A stretch of 64,000 nt of DNA, taken from positions 94,984,001-95,048,000 of the forward strand of contig OX597822.1 of the NCBI GenBank assembly GCA_951406725.2, in the 5' to 3' direction. The notes under the pieces were generated by a model. The model did not search any database, was not told where the DNA came from, and saw nothing but the letters and a program-made list of their open reading frames with translations. The position numbers were made by a program, and so were the translations under genes. The stretch's first letter is position 1. Every line of letters starts with the position of its first letter. Source of the DNA: Octopus vulgaris. Lineage: Eukaryota. Shown here one piece after another: positions 26,287 through 38,660 of this stretch.

Positions 26287-26701
26287 TATTTCTTTATTAC
26301 CCACAAGGGGGCTAATCCCAGTGCGTAACTGGTACTTAATTTATCAACCCCGAAAGGATGAAAGGCAGTCGACCTCGACGGAATTCGAACTCACACCGTA
26401 ACGCAGACGAAATACCGCTAAGCATTTTGCCCGGCGTGCTAACGTTTCTGCCATCTCGCCGCCTTTCTGCCAGCTCGCCACTGTGCTAGATACTGCAGCT
26501 GGCAGAAACGTTAGCATCCTGGGCGAAATGCTTAGTGGTATTTCGTCTGCCGCTACGTTCTGAGTTCAAATTCCGCCAAGGTCAACTTTGCCTTACATCC
26601 TTTCTGGGTCGATAAACTAAGTACCAGTTATGCACTTAATTCCTTTGTCTGTCCTTGTTTGTCCCCTCTGTGTTTAGCCCCTTGTGGGTAGTAAAGAAAT
26701 A
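26287..26701. mobile_element. Head-to-head pair of SINE-A copies (26287-26463 minus, 26496-26701 plus)
   Basis: The minus copy is flanked by the direct repeat CCACTGTGCTAGATACT. Confidence 0.85.
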
Positions 26702-27256
26702 AGATGCCACAGCTGATTCCCCCTGTCAGCGATATATAGAATCTCAGTGTCCATTTAGATACTGGTGTTGCAAATAGCCAGTGGACTTAATATATAATAA
26801 TTAAAAGCAGCGCAAGCAGTATTAATATCAAAAGGTAATATTTATCTCTCACTAAAAGTTAAAATACAGAAAACTGCGCTATTTACCAAGAGAGGACCAC
26901 TTATATGGACTTGTGGTGTATAAAAGAACTTGTGTTTATATGGCAATTCTGGCAGTGGCTGGTTATTGTCTGTCCTCTTATCAAACATGAGTGCTTTTAT
27001 GCACTATGAGGCCATATTGGACATCCTCTCAGGGTGAATAGCACAGTATTGTGTGTTCTAACACAGCATCCACTTTTAGTGGAACACGAATATTATTTTT
27101 TGGTATTTAATTACTCCCATGTTCTGATTTCAAATCCTGTTAATATGGCCTTTGCCTATCCCATTCATTGTCATACTTGTTTTACACATAATACATATGT
27201 TTATGCATGTGTACACACACACACATACCACACACACACACACATGCCACACACAC

Positions 27257-27458
27257 AGTGGTTGTATAATGTCAACATAACGTGACAGTGACAGTCCTGT
27301 AAAGGGAATTACACCACAGCTATATAGCCCTAGGAAGCATCGACGCTTCCTGTCGGCTTTGGCACATTTCATGTGTCCTTATATTTCCTAGGGCTAAATA
27401 GCGGTGGTGTAATTCCCTTTACGGGATTGTCACATTATGTTGACATTATACAACCACT
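27257..27458. mobile_element. ~200-bp fold-back (MITE-like hairpin)
   Basis: AGTGGTTGTATAATGTCAACATAA..GTAAAGGGAATTACACCAC..GCCCTAGGAA is mirrored, with a ~45-bp loop. Confidence 0.75.
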
Positions 27459-27509
27459 CTATTGCTCCACCACCACTCATGTCTCTTTGAGACATTTAGA
27501 AATTCAATA

Positions 27510-27566
<57 letters not shown>

Positions 27567-27580
27567 CATACTCACATGCA

Positions 27581-28458
27581 CACAAACTTGTTACCAGTTT
27601 AAATATGTTTGGGACATATTTGAATGCATAAGACAGCCAATCACTATTTTGTCATGGAGAAAATTTTTCACTGTAGACAGATAGGTGTAAACACATCATC
27701 AGCTTAACCCTTTAGTGTTCACATTCTTCTGCCAAAATTAATGCTTTTTTATCCACATTGTTTTGAACTAATCATGCATTATCTTGTAGTTATGAGGTTT
27801 TGATGAGGTAGCTGTTAATTTTTAAGATGATATTGTAGGGTTGGTGTGAGAGACCAGATCTGGTCAGTTTGAACATAAAACAGGTAGAATATTTTTGGCC
27901 GGATATGGCCGGTTTAAATGCTAAAGGGTTAAATATGTTTGGGGCATATTTGAATGCATAAGACAACCAATCACTGTAATATATATTTACACACATGCAC
28001 GCAAACTTGTTACCAGTTTAAATATGTTTGGGACATATTTGAATGCATAAGACAGCCAATCACTATTTTGTCATGGAGAAAATTTTTCACTGTAGACAGA
28101 TAGGTGTAAACACATCATCAGCTTAACCCTTTAGTGTTCACATTCTTCTGCCAAAATTAATGCTTTTTTATCCACATTGTTTTGAACTAATCATGCATTA
28201 TCTTGTAGTTATGAGGTTTTGATGAGGTAGCTGTTAATTTTTAAGATGATATTGTAGGGTTGGTGTGAGAGACCAGATCTGGTCAGTTTGAACATAAAAC
28301 AGGTAGAATATTTTTGGCCGGATATGGCCGGTTTAAATGCTAAAGGGTTAAATATGTTTGGGGCATATTTGAATGCATAAGACAACCAATCACTGTATTT
28401 AGTCATGGAGAAAATTTTTCACTGTAGACAGACAGGTGTAAACACATCATCAGCTTAA
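27581..28458. repeat. 419-bp tandem duplication including a piggyBac MITE
   Basis: Near-identical units offset by 419 bp. Confidence 0.95.
27704..27932. mobile_element. piggyBac-type MITE type A (duplicated at 28123-28351)
   Basis: TTAA TSD and CCCTTTAG TIRs. Confidence 0.9.
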
Positions 28459-28819
28459 AGCACTCTCTAACCAAACTGATGGATGCCTACATTTCCAAGT
28501 GGTTATCTCTTCTTTCGCACCAGATACCAGAAAGTGGAACACTACTAAGTAACAGAGATGATTGAGATTCTGTTATATTTCCGTCATCCTACTGTGACTG
28601 GTTGCGCTAATGGATGGCTTGCTATAAATAAAATATGGATTAGATGTGCTAAGCTGTGTTATGTGTCCTGTTAGAGGATGCTTCAAACTGACTCTGTGTA
28701 TCTATACTTATGTTGTCAGCGAGAAATTTTCTCCTTGACAAAATATAGTGAATGGCTTTCTTACAGTGTCGAATATGCCCCAAGTATATTTGAACTGGTA
28801 GCACATTTTTATTTTGAAG

Positions 28820-29141
28820 TACTCTGTCGGTTACGACGACGAGGGTCCCAGTTGATCCTCGTGAAATTAACGTGTAAGTGGCTGAGCACTCCACAGACAC
28901 GTGTACCCTTAACGTAGTTCTCGGGGATATTCAGCGTGACACAGAGTGACAAGGCCGGCCCTTTGAAATACAGGTACAACAGAAACAGGAAGTAAGAGTG
29001 AGAGAAAGTTGTGGTGAAAGAGTACAGCAGGGATCACCACCATCCCCTGCCGGAGCCTCGTGGAACTTTAGGTGTTTTTGTTCAATAAACACTCACAATG
29101 CCCAGTCTGGGAATCGAAACCGCGATCCTATGACCGCGAGT
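28820..29141 (-). mobile_element. SINE-D variant with the same head but a different tail
   Basis: Matches SINE-D up to CTCTCACTCTT, then has an unrelated ~170-bp 3' part. Confidence 0.75.
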
Positions 29142-29289
29142 AGTGCATCTACTCTGTGTGCAAGGGGGTGCAGAAAAGTTTCTGGCTTTAAGGGTATATT
29201 ACAAAATGCCTGGTTGGAGGCCCAATCTTCTGAGTTCTTATACAGGGCTTAGAAAAACTGAAGGACTGCTGCAATAAATATGTAATCAT

Positions 29290-29704
29290 GGATCTTTACG
29301 GTTTGAACGGCAGTTTTTTAATATAGTTTCTAGGTAACTAAACACTTTTAAACTTTGTATACTGGATAGAATATGTTTATAAAACCTCTTTTTCTCTTGG
29401 TTTTATTGAGAAAATTCTATAGTTTGTAAGATATTTGTTGTTTTTTTCTTCAATTTCTGCAATTTCAACCAAGCAATGACGTCTATTGAGGTGAAAACAT
29501 TCTGTGCCGTATGAATATGTCCCCCGTTTAAGAAACAGATTGGGTTTATTTACATTTGTGAAGAAAAAAGATACCCTCCCCCCACCCCTAACCCTAACCC
29601 TAAAACAGATTGCAATGCAATAGATCGATACTAGGGTCATAATTATGGGTGACAATTTCATATGACACTGCTAGAAAAAACTGCCGTTCAAACCGAAAAG
29701 ATCT
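29290..29704. mobile_element. Same MITE family, opposite orientation, TSD GTAATCAT
   Basis: GTAATCAT at 29282-29289 and 29705-29712. It interrupts a mariner-like remnant at ~29158-29746. Confidence 0.9.
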
Positions 29705-30265
29705 GTAATCATAATCAACTGATCCTCCTGTTTTCAGCCACCCTTCCTCATCTACATACATATAGTATATGTATATCTGTCTTTGTCAATTGACCTCCCT
29801 CTCTCTCTCTCCCTTAAGTCGTACAAACTTGCCAGGCGACTTGGTATATGAAATCCTGCTCTGAAACAATTACATAAATTGCTTTGCATATGAGTATGTT
29901 GGAAGAGTGATTTAATACAACAGAAACTTTTACATTCGTCTTTGGTTGTTTTATTTATAGAACTATACATTATAAAGCGTGAAGTTTTCTAACACATCTG
30001 TGACTTGGTGACTGACACACTCCCTACATCTGCAACTATGTCAAATGATCATCAGTGTATGACTACATTTGATTCTTCGTAGTATTTAGGACTATTTAAG
30101 AAATAAACAAGTGTAACAATTCTGTGTTTTTAAAAACTGAGAGCATTCTTTTATCTTTTACTTGATTAAGTCATTAGACTGTGCCCTAGCATGGGCACAG
30201 TCTTAAAGAACTTTTAGTCGAATGAATCGACCCTTGTACTTATTTTAAGCCTGGTACTTATTCTA

Positions 30266-30370
30266 TTGGTCTCTTTTGCTGAACCACTAAGTTTCAGGGA
30301 TGTAAACACCTACACTGATTGTCAGGTAGACATATATATATATATCATCATCATCATCGTTTGATGATGA

Positions 30371-30405
<35 letters not shown>

Positions 30406-30675
30406 TACCACCACCACCTGACAATCAGTGTAGGTGTTTACATCCCTGAAACTTAGTGGTTCAGCAAAAGAGACCAAAATCAAAATAAGCAACAAGGATA
30501 TCCAAGGTAGTGTAGTACAATTGTTTCATGCTACTTCATTTTATTAAACACTGTAAGTATTACATCAGTTTTAAAATGTCGAGCAACTGATGTAATACAT
30601 AGTGTTTAATAAAATGAAGTAGCATGAAACAATTGTACTACACTACCTTGGATATCCTTGTTGCTTATTTTGATT
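30266..30675. repeat. Two abutting fold-backs (30266-30477 and 30478-30675)
   Basis: TTGGTCTCTTTTGCTG...CAGCAAAAGAGACCAA, then AATCAAAATAAGCAACAAGG...CCTTGTTGCTTATTTTGATT. Confidence 0.95.
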
Positions 30676-30892
30676 ATAATCACCCCATTTGATTTATATG
30701 GATAAAACCATACCAAATTCTGGTGCCTTTAACTTAAGTACCATATTCATCTGAATCTAAATTCTGCTGAACTTATCTACACAATGGGCTTTTTTCAGTT
30801 TCTGTCTACCAAATCCACTTACAAGGCTTTGGTTGCCATGAGGTTATAGTAGAAGACTCTTGCTTCCAGGTTCAGTCCCACTGTGTAACACC

Positions 30893-31097
30893 CAGCAGAT
30901 GTGGTGTGCAAGAGAGACGTCTATGCTGGTATGGACATGTGGTAAGAATGGATGAAGATAGTTGTGTGAAAAAGTGCCACACCCTAGCGGTTGAGGGAAC
31001 CTTTGGAAGAGGTAGACCCAGGAAAGCCTGGGATGAGGTGGTGAAGCACGACCTTCGCTCTTTAGGTCTCACCGAGGAAATGACCAGAGACCGAGAA
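30893..31097 (+). mobile_element. RTE-type LINE ORF C-terminal fragment
   Basis: ERRLCWYGHVVRMDEDSCVKK..VEGTFGRGRPRKAWDEVVKHDL. Confidence 0.85.
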
Positions 31098-31239
31098 GGT
31101 GTTACACAGTGGGACTGAACCTGGAACTGTGAAATTGTGGAACAAGCTTCTTACCACACAGCCACACCTACACCCAATGTAATTGAAACATTTATGCAAC
31201 TGAAACACCATTATATTAAAATAGCCATTTATGTATCAT

Positions 31240-31800
31240 TTAACCCCGTAGCATTTAAACTGGCCATATTCAGTCCAAATATTCTCCCTGTTTCAAGTTT
31301 GAACTCGCCAGATCCAACTTCTCACACCCACCCTGCAATGTCATTCTGAATATAAGCAGTCACATTATCGAAGCTTGGAGATAATGCATGATTAATTTAA
31401 AACATTGTAAATAAATAAGCATTATGCTTGACTAGTTAGTTAGTTAATTTTTTGGCTCAAAAAGCAAGGCCATGTAGGGGGACATGGAGTTATGTACAGG
31501 GTGGTGTTCATGTAAAGAGTTCAGGCCACTTGTGGTCAAGGGAGACTTTGAACCGAGCGGTCATCGGCATCTTCACCATCTCATCCAGCAGCTTATTCCA
31601 CGGATCCGCAACCCGGATGGAGAAAGCCCCTCTCCTTCGATTGAGATGAAATCGTCGCAGATAGAGCTTTTCGGAGTGACCCTGCAGCCGACGCTCTGGA
31701 GCAGGAGTGAAGAACAGCTCTTTCGAGAGGTTACACTTTCTGCTTATGATGTTGTGAGCAAGAATGAGATCACCACATGATGTAAATACTAAAGGGTTAA
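31240..31800. mobile_element. piggyBac-type MITE type A split by a CR1 fragment
   Basis: TTAACCCCGTAGCATT ... ACTAAAGGGTTAA. Confidence 0.75.
31432..31775 (-). mobile_element. Second CR1-type LINE 3' fragment, nested in a piggyBac MITE
   Basis: GDLILAHNII..RRLQGHSEKLYLRRFHLNRRRGAFSIRVADPWNKL..FKVSLD; (AACT)n tail. Confidence 0.85.
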
Positions 31801-31926
31801 AAATAATGTATTTACACAGGTAAGAGGGGCATGATGTGGATTTTTGTCTGAAAGAAAACCTTTTCATGAACATACTGGAATTTCTGCTCCACAGTATCAG
31901 CTCCACATTAAACTACTGAAATATAT

Positions 31927-32156
31927 ATTACTTTATTACCCACAAGGGGCTAAACATAGAGGGGACAAACAAGGACAGACAAAGGGACTAAGTCAATTAC
32001 ATCGATCCCAGTGCATAACTGGTACTTAATTTATCGACCCCGAAAGGATGAAAGGCAAAGTCGACCTCGGCGGAATTTGAACTCAGAACGTAACGACAGA
32101 TGAAATACAGCTAAGCATTTCGCCCAGCGCGCTAACGTTTCTGCCAGATCGCCGCC
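31927..32156 (-). mobile_element. SINE-A
   Basis: TSD CTACTGAAATATA. Confidence 0.9.
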
Positions 32157-32391
32157 TTTAAGCTACTGAAATATAGACTTACCATCTGTAGGATAAAGGA
32201 AAGTATACATTAACACTTTAGCATTCAGATTACTATGTGAAATGTATTTATTTATTCACATTGTTTTCAGTTAGTTATGTATTATCTTTTAGCTTTGAGA
32301 TTTCAGTGATGTGATTGTATAATAGGTGTGAGAGGCCAGTTCTGGGTGGATTGAACATAAAACAAGAATGTTTTGGCTGGATATGGTCACT

Positions 32392-32603
32392 TTAACCCTT
32401 TTGTTACTGTATTTATTTTGAGAAGCTCTGTGTTTCTTTCAATTACTTTAAATATAACAAAGAATTTAGTAAAATAACTTTATCATTCAGCTAGTGTTAG
32501 GAACATTGTGACTAAGGTTTGGTGGAAGATTTTTATTCAAAACTTATGGAAACAAGACATTTGTACTACAGAGCCAGAGCCGGGTTGGTAACGAAAGGGT
32601 TAA
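32392..32603. mobile_element. piggyBac-type MITE type B, inserted at the end of a type A copy
   Basis: TTAACCCTTTTGTTAC ... GTAACGAAAGGGTTAA. Confidence 0.85.
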
Positions 32604-33774
32604 ATAAGATACCTTTGTTCAGTATTCTCTTGAAACATTGGCAGTTATAAGTCTCCTTCCTCTGAGTTTCCATCTCCAAAGACTGTTTTGTACTGGGGCT
32701 TCCCTACTATTTCTATGGCCATCACTCCTACAAAAATGTTTAGTTTTCACATACTCTACAAATGTGATATATTTGCAAGATAGAAAGAGAGATTTCTAAT
32801 ATTTTTTTTGAAGGTCATTTTGCATCACGGGTCGGGTGGTACTCCTGTTTTAACCCTTTTGTTATTTCTCTGTTAACATATGCTGCCTTTGTTTCAATTA
32901 ATTTTAAAATTAACGAAGAATTTAGTAGAATAATTTTGTCATTATTAACCTGGGGTTTGGAACAAATTATCATAAAATTTTGATGGAAGATTATAATTTA
33001 GACCAAATTAGATGCGGTCACAGGAGTGTGATGAAAGAACTCTGGCCGAAATAAGATTAAGATTAATGTAAAAAATAAATAACACTGAAGCAAAATAACA
33101 CCAAATATATAGTGCGTGCGTTTTTATTGGCTAAACTGGCAAAATGACCATTCCGAAATATAACAATATCTGTTTCAACGCACGACTTCACATAAAAAAA
33201 TCTTGCACAATAAATCTGTAAACGTACCAAATTAGACTACTTTTAGGGGCGGTTTCAGGTGGCTTGGTATCAAAAAGGTTAAACCTATGTAGTTTGGTGT
33301 ATCGAATTTTATACTGCTTTGTATAATAAAGGGATCATTTGCCTGTCTGCTAGTAATTGCTGTACTGTAATATATTGTAGATTATCATTTACCACCTTAA
33401 ATTTCTCTGATTATAATTATTATATATACAGTTATTTATTGTAAATCCAAGTGTTTTTTTTTTTCCTGTTCTTATTCTAAAAGGGCTGTTGTTGGAAATT
33501 ATTGTTCTATAAAGGCATCATTTTAATGATCTGGCAGCAGTTTTATCAAAAAGTGGTAGGTGGACCCCTCCCCCAGACTATAGAAAATTGGGTTAGTATA
33601 ATTTAAGAGAAAGAGGAAAAAAAAAACGAAAGTATGTTGCCAGGATATCCTGACCTCACTAATGTCAGGAGGATGAGACAGACAGACAGATGCATACACA
33701 CGCACGCGCGCGTGCGCGGTCTGTCAGCAAACTTCAGATCTATTGAGTGTTGGTAAAAGTATTTAACAGTAGTG

Positions 33775-33927
33775 ACTGTGTGGTAAGTAACTTCCTTACC
33801 AACCACATGGTTCCGGGTTCAGTCCCACTGCGTGGCACCTTGGGCAAGTGTCTTCTACTATAGCCTCGGGCCGACCAAAGCCTTGTGAGTGGATTTGGTA
33901 GACAGAAAATGAAAGAAGCCTGTCGTA

Positions 33928-33963
<36 letters not shown>

Positions 33964-34190
33964 CGTGTGCGTGTATGTTTGTGTGTCTGTGTTTGTCCCC
34001 CTAGCATTGCTTGACAACCGATGCTGGTGTGTTTATGTCCCCGTTACTTTGCAGTTTGGCAAAAGAGACTGATAGAATAAGTACTGGGCTTACAAAGAAT
34101 AAGTCCCGGGGTCGAGTTGCTCGATTAAAAGGCGGTGCTCTAGCATGGCCCCAGTCAACTGACTGAAACAAGTAAAAGAGAGTAAAGAGT
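33775..34190 (+). mobile_element. SINE-B
   Basis: Consensus match. Confidence 0.9.
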
Positions 34191-34687
34191 AATATCCTTT
34201 AAGGGTGATTCTATGTATGGCTACAACTCTGGCTGGGATAAGTAAAAGACTAAAATAGTTGGTTTACAGGTATTGCTTATTATAGGTATTAAGGTATTAA
34301 AAGCTGTCACTAGTTGAAATATTAGTATAACTTTTCTGTTGTAATGCCATCTTTTCATTTTTATCCTTTTCGAATGTCCACTTCACATTTGAGCAGTTTA
34401 ATTTGGGGCTGGGGCTGTTGCACAAAAATTCCAGTTTGGTAAGGAGAAAATCTTTTGTAGTCAAATTAGAGAATTGATGTATTGCAGAAGACAGGGGAAG
34501 ACAGAAACTTTCTGGCACAGTAAAACTTTAGAGGAAAACAATCATAGGAGGAAGTACTGCAGTAGTAGCGAACCCTACTGCAGTTGGAATCAATTCATTT
34601 TACCTCACCAAACTAACTGAATATTCACCAGCTAGCTGATACTGAAGCTTCAGTTGCTAAAACTCTCTCAAACCTTTTATTTTATAA

Positions 34688-35082
34688 CTAGCAGTATCGC
34701 CTGGCGTTGCTTGGGTTTGTAAGGGAAATAACTATAAAGCATTTTTTAGAGTTATAGCCAAAAAATAGAAAAAAATGCATTAAAAATGGAAAAAAAATGA
34801 TGGTAAATTTTTTAAAAAATCGTTGACTCATCGTAGACATTTTTAGAGAGTTACTTCCCTTATATAATAGCGAAAAAATGCATTAAAATGGAAAAAAATG
34901 ATGGTAAATTATTTTTAAAATCGTAGACTCATTGTAGACGCGCGCTAATACCCAGAAGTGCTCGATATGAATCAGGACTATAAGATACCCAGTTTTGGTT
35001 AAACTGCACCGCAAAATGTAGGAGTAGTTATGAATCTAAATCGTAGGAGACAGACACACAACCTTACTTTTATATATAAAGA
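34688..35082 (-). mobile_element. Complete non-autonomous Helitron-like element
   Basis: Minus strand A|TCTTTATATATAAAAG ... CCCAAGCAACGCCAGGCGATACTGCTAG|T; no TSD. Confidence 0.85.
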
Positions 35083-35485
35083 TGTAGTGTTAGCAACTTT
35101 GAATAAACTCTTGTGTTGTCATAGCTGGGACACCCTTTGGCTTGCTGGATCAGGGTTGATCTGGAGCTAAACAACTAAATATCTATCAAACAATTTCACT
35201 CTTTCTCCCTAGACTGTAGTTTCTTCCATCCATTCAATTTTATGAATTAAAAGTTTTCTAGTATAGTAAATTACTAGCTAACTTTGAAAGAATTATCATT
35301 AGTAAACAAAAACCATGTCTTTTACAAATCCTGATTGTTATCCAGTAATTCTAGTTTCAGTTATTGTCATAAAAATATTGTCGCCCAGTTACAAATCTTC
35401 CCTCCTCTTAACAGGTACAACTAAAATTTTCCAAATTTTCCTCTAAAGTTTTACTGTGCCAGAAAGTTTCTGTCTTCCCTTGTCT

Positions 35486-35713
35486 TTAAGCCTTTAGCAT
35501 TCAAACCGGCCATATCTGGCCAAAATATTTAACCTGTTATATATTGAAACTGACCAGATCTCACTTTGCATCTCAACCCTACCATGTCGTTCTAAAACTA
35601 AAAAATCACATCACCGAAATCTCTAAACTACAAGATAATGCATGATTAATTCAAACCATTTTAAATAAACAAACATCACATTTGACAGAATAATCTGAAC
35701 ACTAAAGGGTTAA
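35486..35713. mobile_element. piggyBac-type MITE type A
   Basis: Closely similar to 51907-52134. Confidence 0.85.
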
Positions 35714-35914
35714 ACCCCACCCCAGATGAACTTGCAAACAGTTCACTTTTTGACACTCCTAGTCTGATTGAAATTAGGTAACTTTTATTCCTTTATTTCT
35801 TAGTGTAACTGAAGGTTTTCATAGATCAGTTTAAAGTTTTACCAAATGTGTTCTAAAACCTGTGTAAACTTGAAAAAACTAAAGAAAATTGTTTTTACCA
35901 TTCCTCTTTTTTCT

Positions 35915-36480
35915 TAATACTTGCATGGGTTGGACACATCTGTGTAGTGTCCCATCACTTTGTTGTCCCTTTGATGAGGTTCAGCCTCTTGAGATCAGCT
36001 TTCACCACTTCTGCTTTGGCCTTCCTCTTCCCTAGGTTTCTTCTATTAGGGCTGTTCAGCACTTTACCCAGCTGCTGTCCTCCAAATGCATCATATGTCT
36101 GTTTTAGTCAAGTTTCCTTTCTTGCACACTACAGGTGATCTCTCTTGGAACCAATTTCGGTCTTGTTTCATTACTGCTCTGTTCATGCATATTAATATCA
36201 GTCACCCAATGAAGTATGCTTTCCTCATTTCTTTCTAGCTTTTGCACATTCTCTTCATTCAGTAACCGTGTTTTTTTTTTTGTTTTTCTTTTTGCTCCTA
36301 TGCACTTTATACACTAGCAACTACAATCTTAGAGTGAATCCTTTTGTTCCATAATTAATGGGACTTGTTTTTACTCTGCTTACAATGCGTTCAGAATACC
36401 ATCTCCACTGCTGATTAAATCATCTAGATAATAGAAGGTATTGACTATTTCTATGAAACTCTCCAAGTATCTGGTTAACT
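35915..36480 (-). mobile_element. Old degenerate RTE-type LINE 3' fragment
   Basis: Minus strand retains GRGRPK..VVKADLKRLNL-like coding and the TCCAACCCATGC tail shared with SINE-C. Confidence 0.45.
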
Positions 36481-37900
36481 AAGTCCTATAAATTCTGATT
36501 TTTGGAATTTCTGAATTGCTTTTAATATTTTCTACTCTTGAAATTTACAAAGTATACAAAACTAGCCAAACAAATTTCATGTTATCTTGTTGATAAACAT
36601 CTATAAGCTGAAAGACAGTTTACAAAATTTGCCATTTTAGTTAGAATTTCAGGAATTACTAAAACGTTATCAGCAATTTTTATGTTTTTTTAAAATTTTT
36701 TTTTTACTTCAAATTCATTTTTAATGCCAAAATGAATATATTATACAAAATTCATTTTGGCTTTAAAAATGAATTTTGTATAATGAATTTCTCAAAGTCT
36801 ACTATACTTCTAAGGTGTTTTTTGTAAATATTCATGATGGCTAAAGTGTTCTCATAGTGGAAGCAGAAAACCAAAAAGGAGATTTATGGACACATTCCTC
36901 TTATGCTATTATTGCTCAACATAGGATAGGTATTGCTGTCCACTGGACAACAGGCCATATCAGATGTTTTATTGACCGCCCAATAGTGAATAATGACCAC
37001 TTAACTACACACATTATTTGGCTGATGCTCATGAAATAGAGGATCTACCAAAGCTAATGGTAGTGGTGGGGTTAAGTGGCAGAGATTCTTGTCTTAGCAA
37101 TGTGAGATGCATTTTGGTTGTGACCTCATTTTAAGACAATTCCATTACATGTCAGTAATACTTTGTCTGTAAATTTGAGAGGATTTTTTTTTTGATTCAC
37201 AGAGTAAATACATAGTCAAATATTAATTGTACAGTAATTAAGGTTGCAAGCTGGCTGAATTGTTATTGTGCTGGACAAACTGCTTTGTGGTATTTTGTTC
37301 ATCTTTACATTCTCGGTTCAAATTCTGCCAAGGTCAGCTTTACCTTTCATCCTTTTGGGATTGATAAAATAAGTGCCAATTGAACGCTGGGGTCAATGTA
37401 ATAATCAACTAGCTCCACCCACTAAAATTTAAGGCTTTGTGCGTACAGTGGAAAAGATTATTTCTTGTAACTATCAAAAATTTCTATCAACATTTTGTTC
37501 AGTTTAAATTCCTTTCTTAATTCAATGCACTTTTCTTGGAGGAATAAAAAGAATTGACAGAATTGTCAATAAAAAGAATTGACAAATTTGCTAACCATGA
37601 ATTAATTCATAGTCCACGATAGAACTTACCTTATGAATTTACTGATTCCTTTTAGAGTGGAGTTTAACATGAAAGCAAAACAATATCTAAGATTTTATTG
37701 TCTGGGAAGAGTCACTCTTTTAGTGCCTGGCCATGCTTGAGCACTGCCTTTTAGTTGAACAAATCGACCCTAGGACTTACTCTTTATAAGCCTAGTACTT
37801 ATTCTATCAGTCACTTTTGATGAACTGCTAAGTTAAGGGGACATAAACACACCAACATCGGTTGTCAAGCAATGGTAGGGGGACAAACACAGACACACAA

Positions 37901-37932
<32 letters not shown>

Positions 37933-37998
37933 TTGTAAAAAATGAAGTTCGAAAATGCTGCTGTATTATACAATTTTTAATTTTTATATATACATTAT

Positions 37999-38033
37999 AA
38001 CATGTTTCAGTTCCTGAAATGAACCTTATCAAA
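37999..38033 (-). ncRNA. Degenerate hammerhead-ribozyme-like motif of the PLE
   Basis: Minus strand TTGATAA-GGTTC-atttcag-GAACT-GAAAC-ATGTT resembles CTGAnGA/stem II/GAAAC. Its position near the PLE 3' end is typical. Confidence 0.45.
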
Positions 38034-38447
38034 AAAAGTTATATATAAAAAAAGACAGCTCATGCCGTCAAACACAAGAAATTCATTTATAATACACAAC
38101 GGAGTCAGACATCTTAGAGTTCATGTATAGTTGATATATAGTTCATGTATAGTTGATATATAGTTTGAAGTGTGTGTTCGATGCAGTAGCCCACGGTGGC
38201 GATACGTATTCAATACAAAAAACAGATCAAAGTGGTGGAAAGTGGTCAATACAGAAGATTGATGTTTCCGAAAGAGCGAGGAATTCATTTTTACCTTAAG
38301 CAATTGTGATGACCCATGGTGGATGTTCGCTGGGTGGTTCTAGTGAGTTTTTATTAAGTGCTCGGTTTTATAATGCCTGTTAGGTGGTCAATCCAGCGTA
38401 GCGTGACGTCATCAACGTTTTGACCAATCGTTTCGTTAGGTGGCTTT

Positions 38448-38660
38448 AGTCAAGTAGAACGGGACGTCATCATTATTTTGATCAATCGCTGCATTATAAC
38501 TGCCTCTTGTTTGTTTCCTGTTTTGACCAGTCGCTTCATTAGTCAGGTAGAACGGGACGTCATCATTATTTTGACCAATCGCTGCATTATAACTGCCTCT
38601 TGTTTGTTTCCTGTTTTGACCAGTCGCTTCGTTAGTCAAGCAGAACGGGACGTCATTCAG
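38448..38660. repeat. 93-bp tandem repeat (~2.3 copies) in the PLE 3' region
   Basis: AGTCARGTAGAACGGGACGTCATC recurs at 38448, 38541 and 38634. Confidence 0.85.

Larger units (their letters stand above)
25114..26740 (-). mobile_element. Probable Helitron-like element carrying nested SINEs; far boundary uncertain
   Basis: A|CTAGCTGTTGTACCCAG..CCTGGG end next to (TA)n; the far end is only tentatively placed. Confidence 0.35.

Noticed and set aside
36710-36790. AT-rich hairpin
   Set aside because: Short, low-complexity local inverted duplication with no further support.
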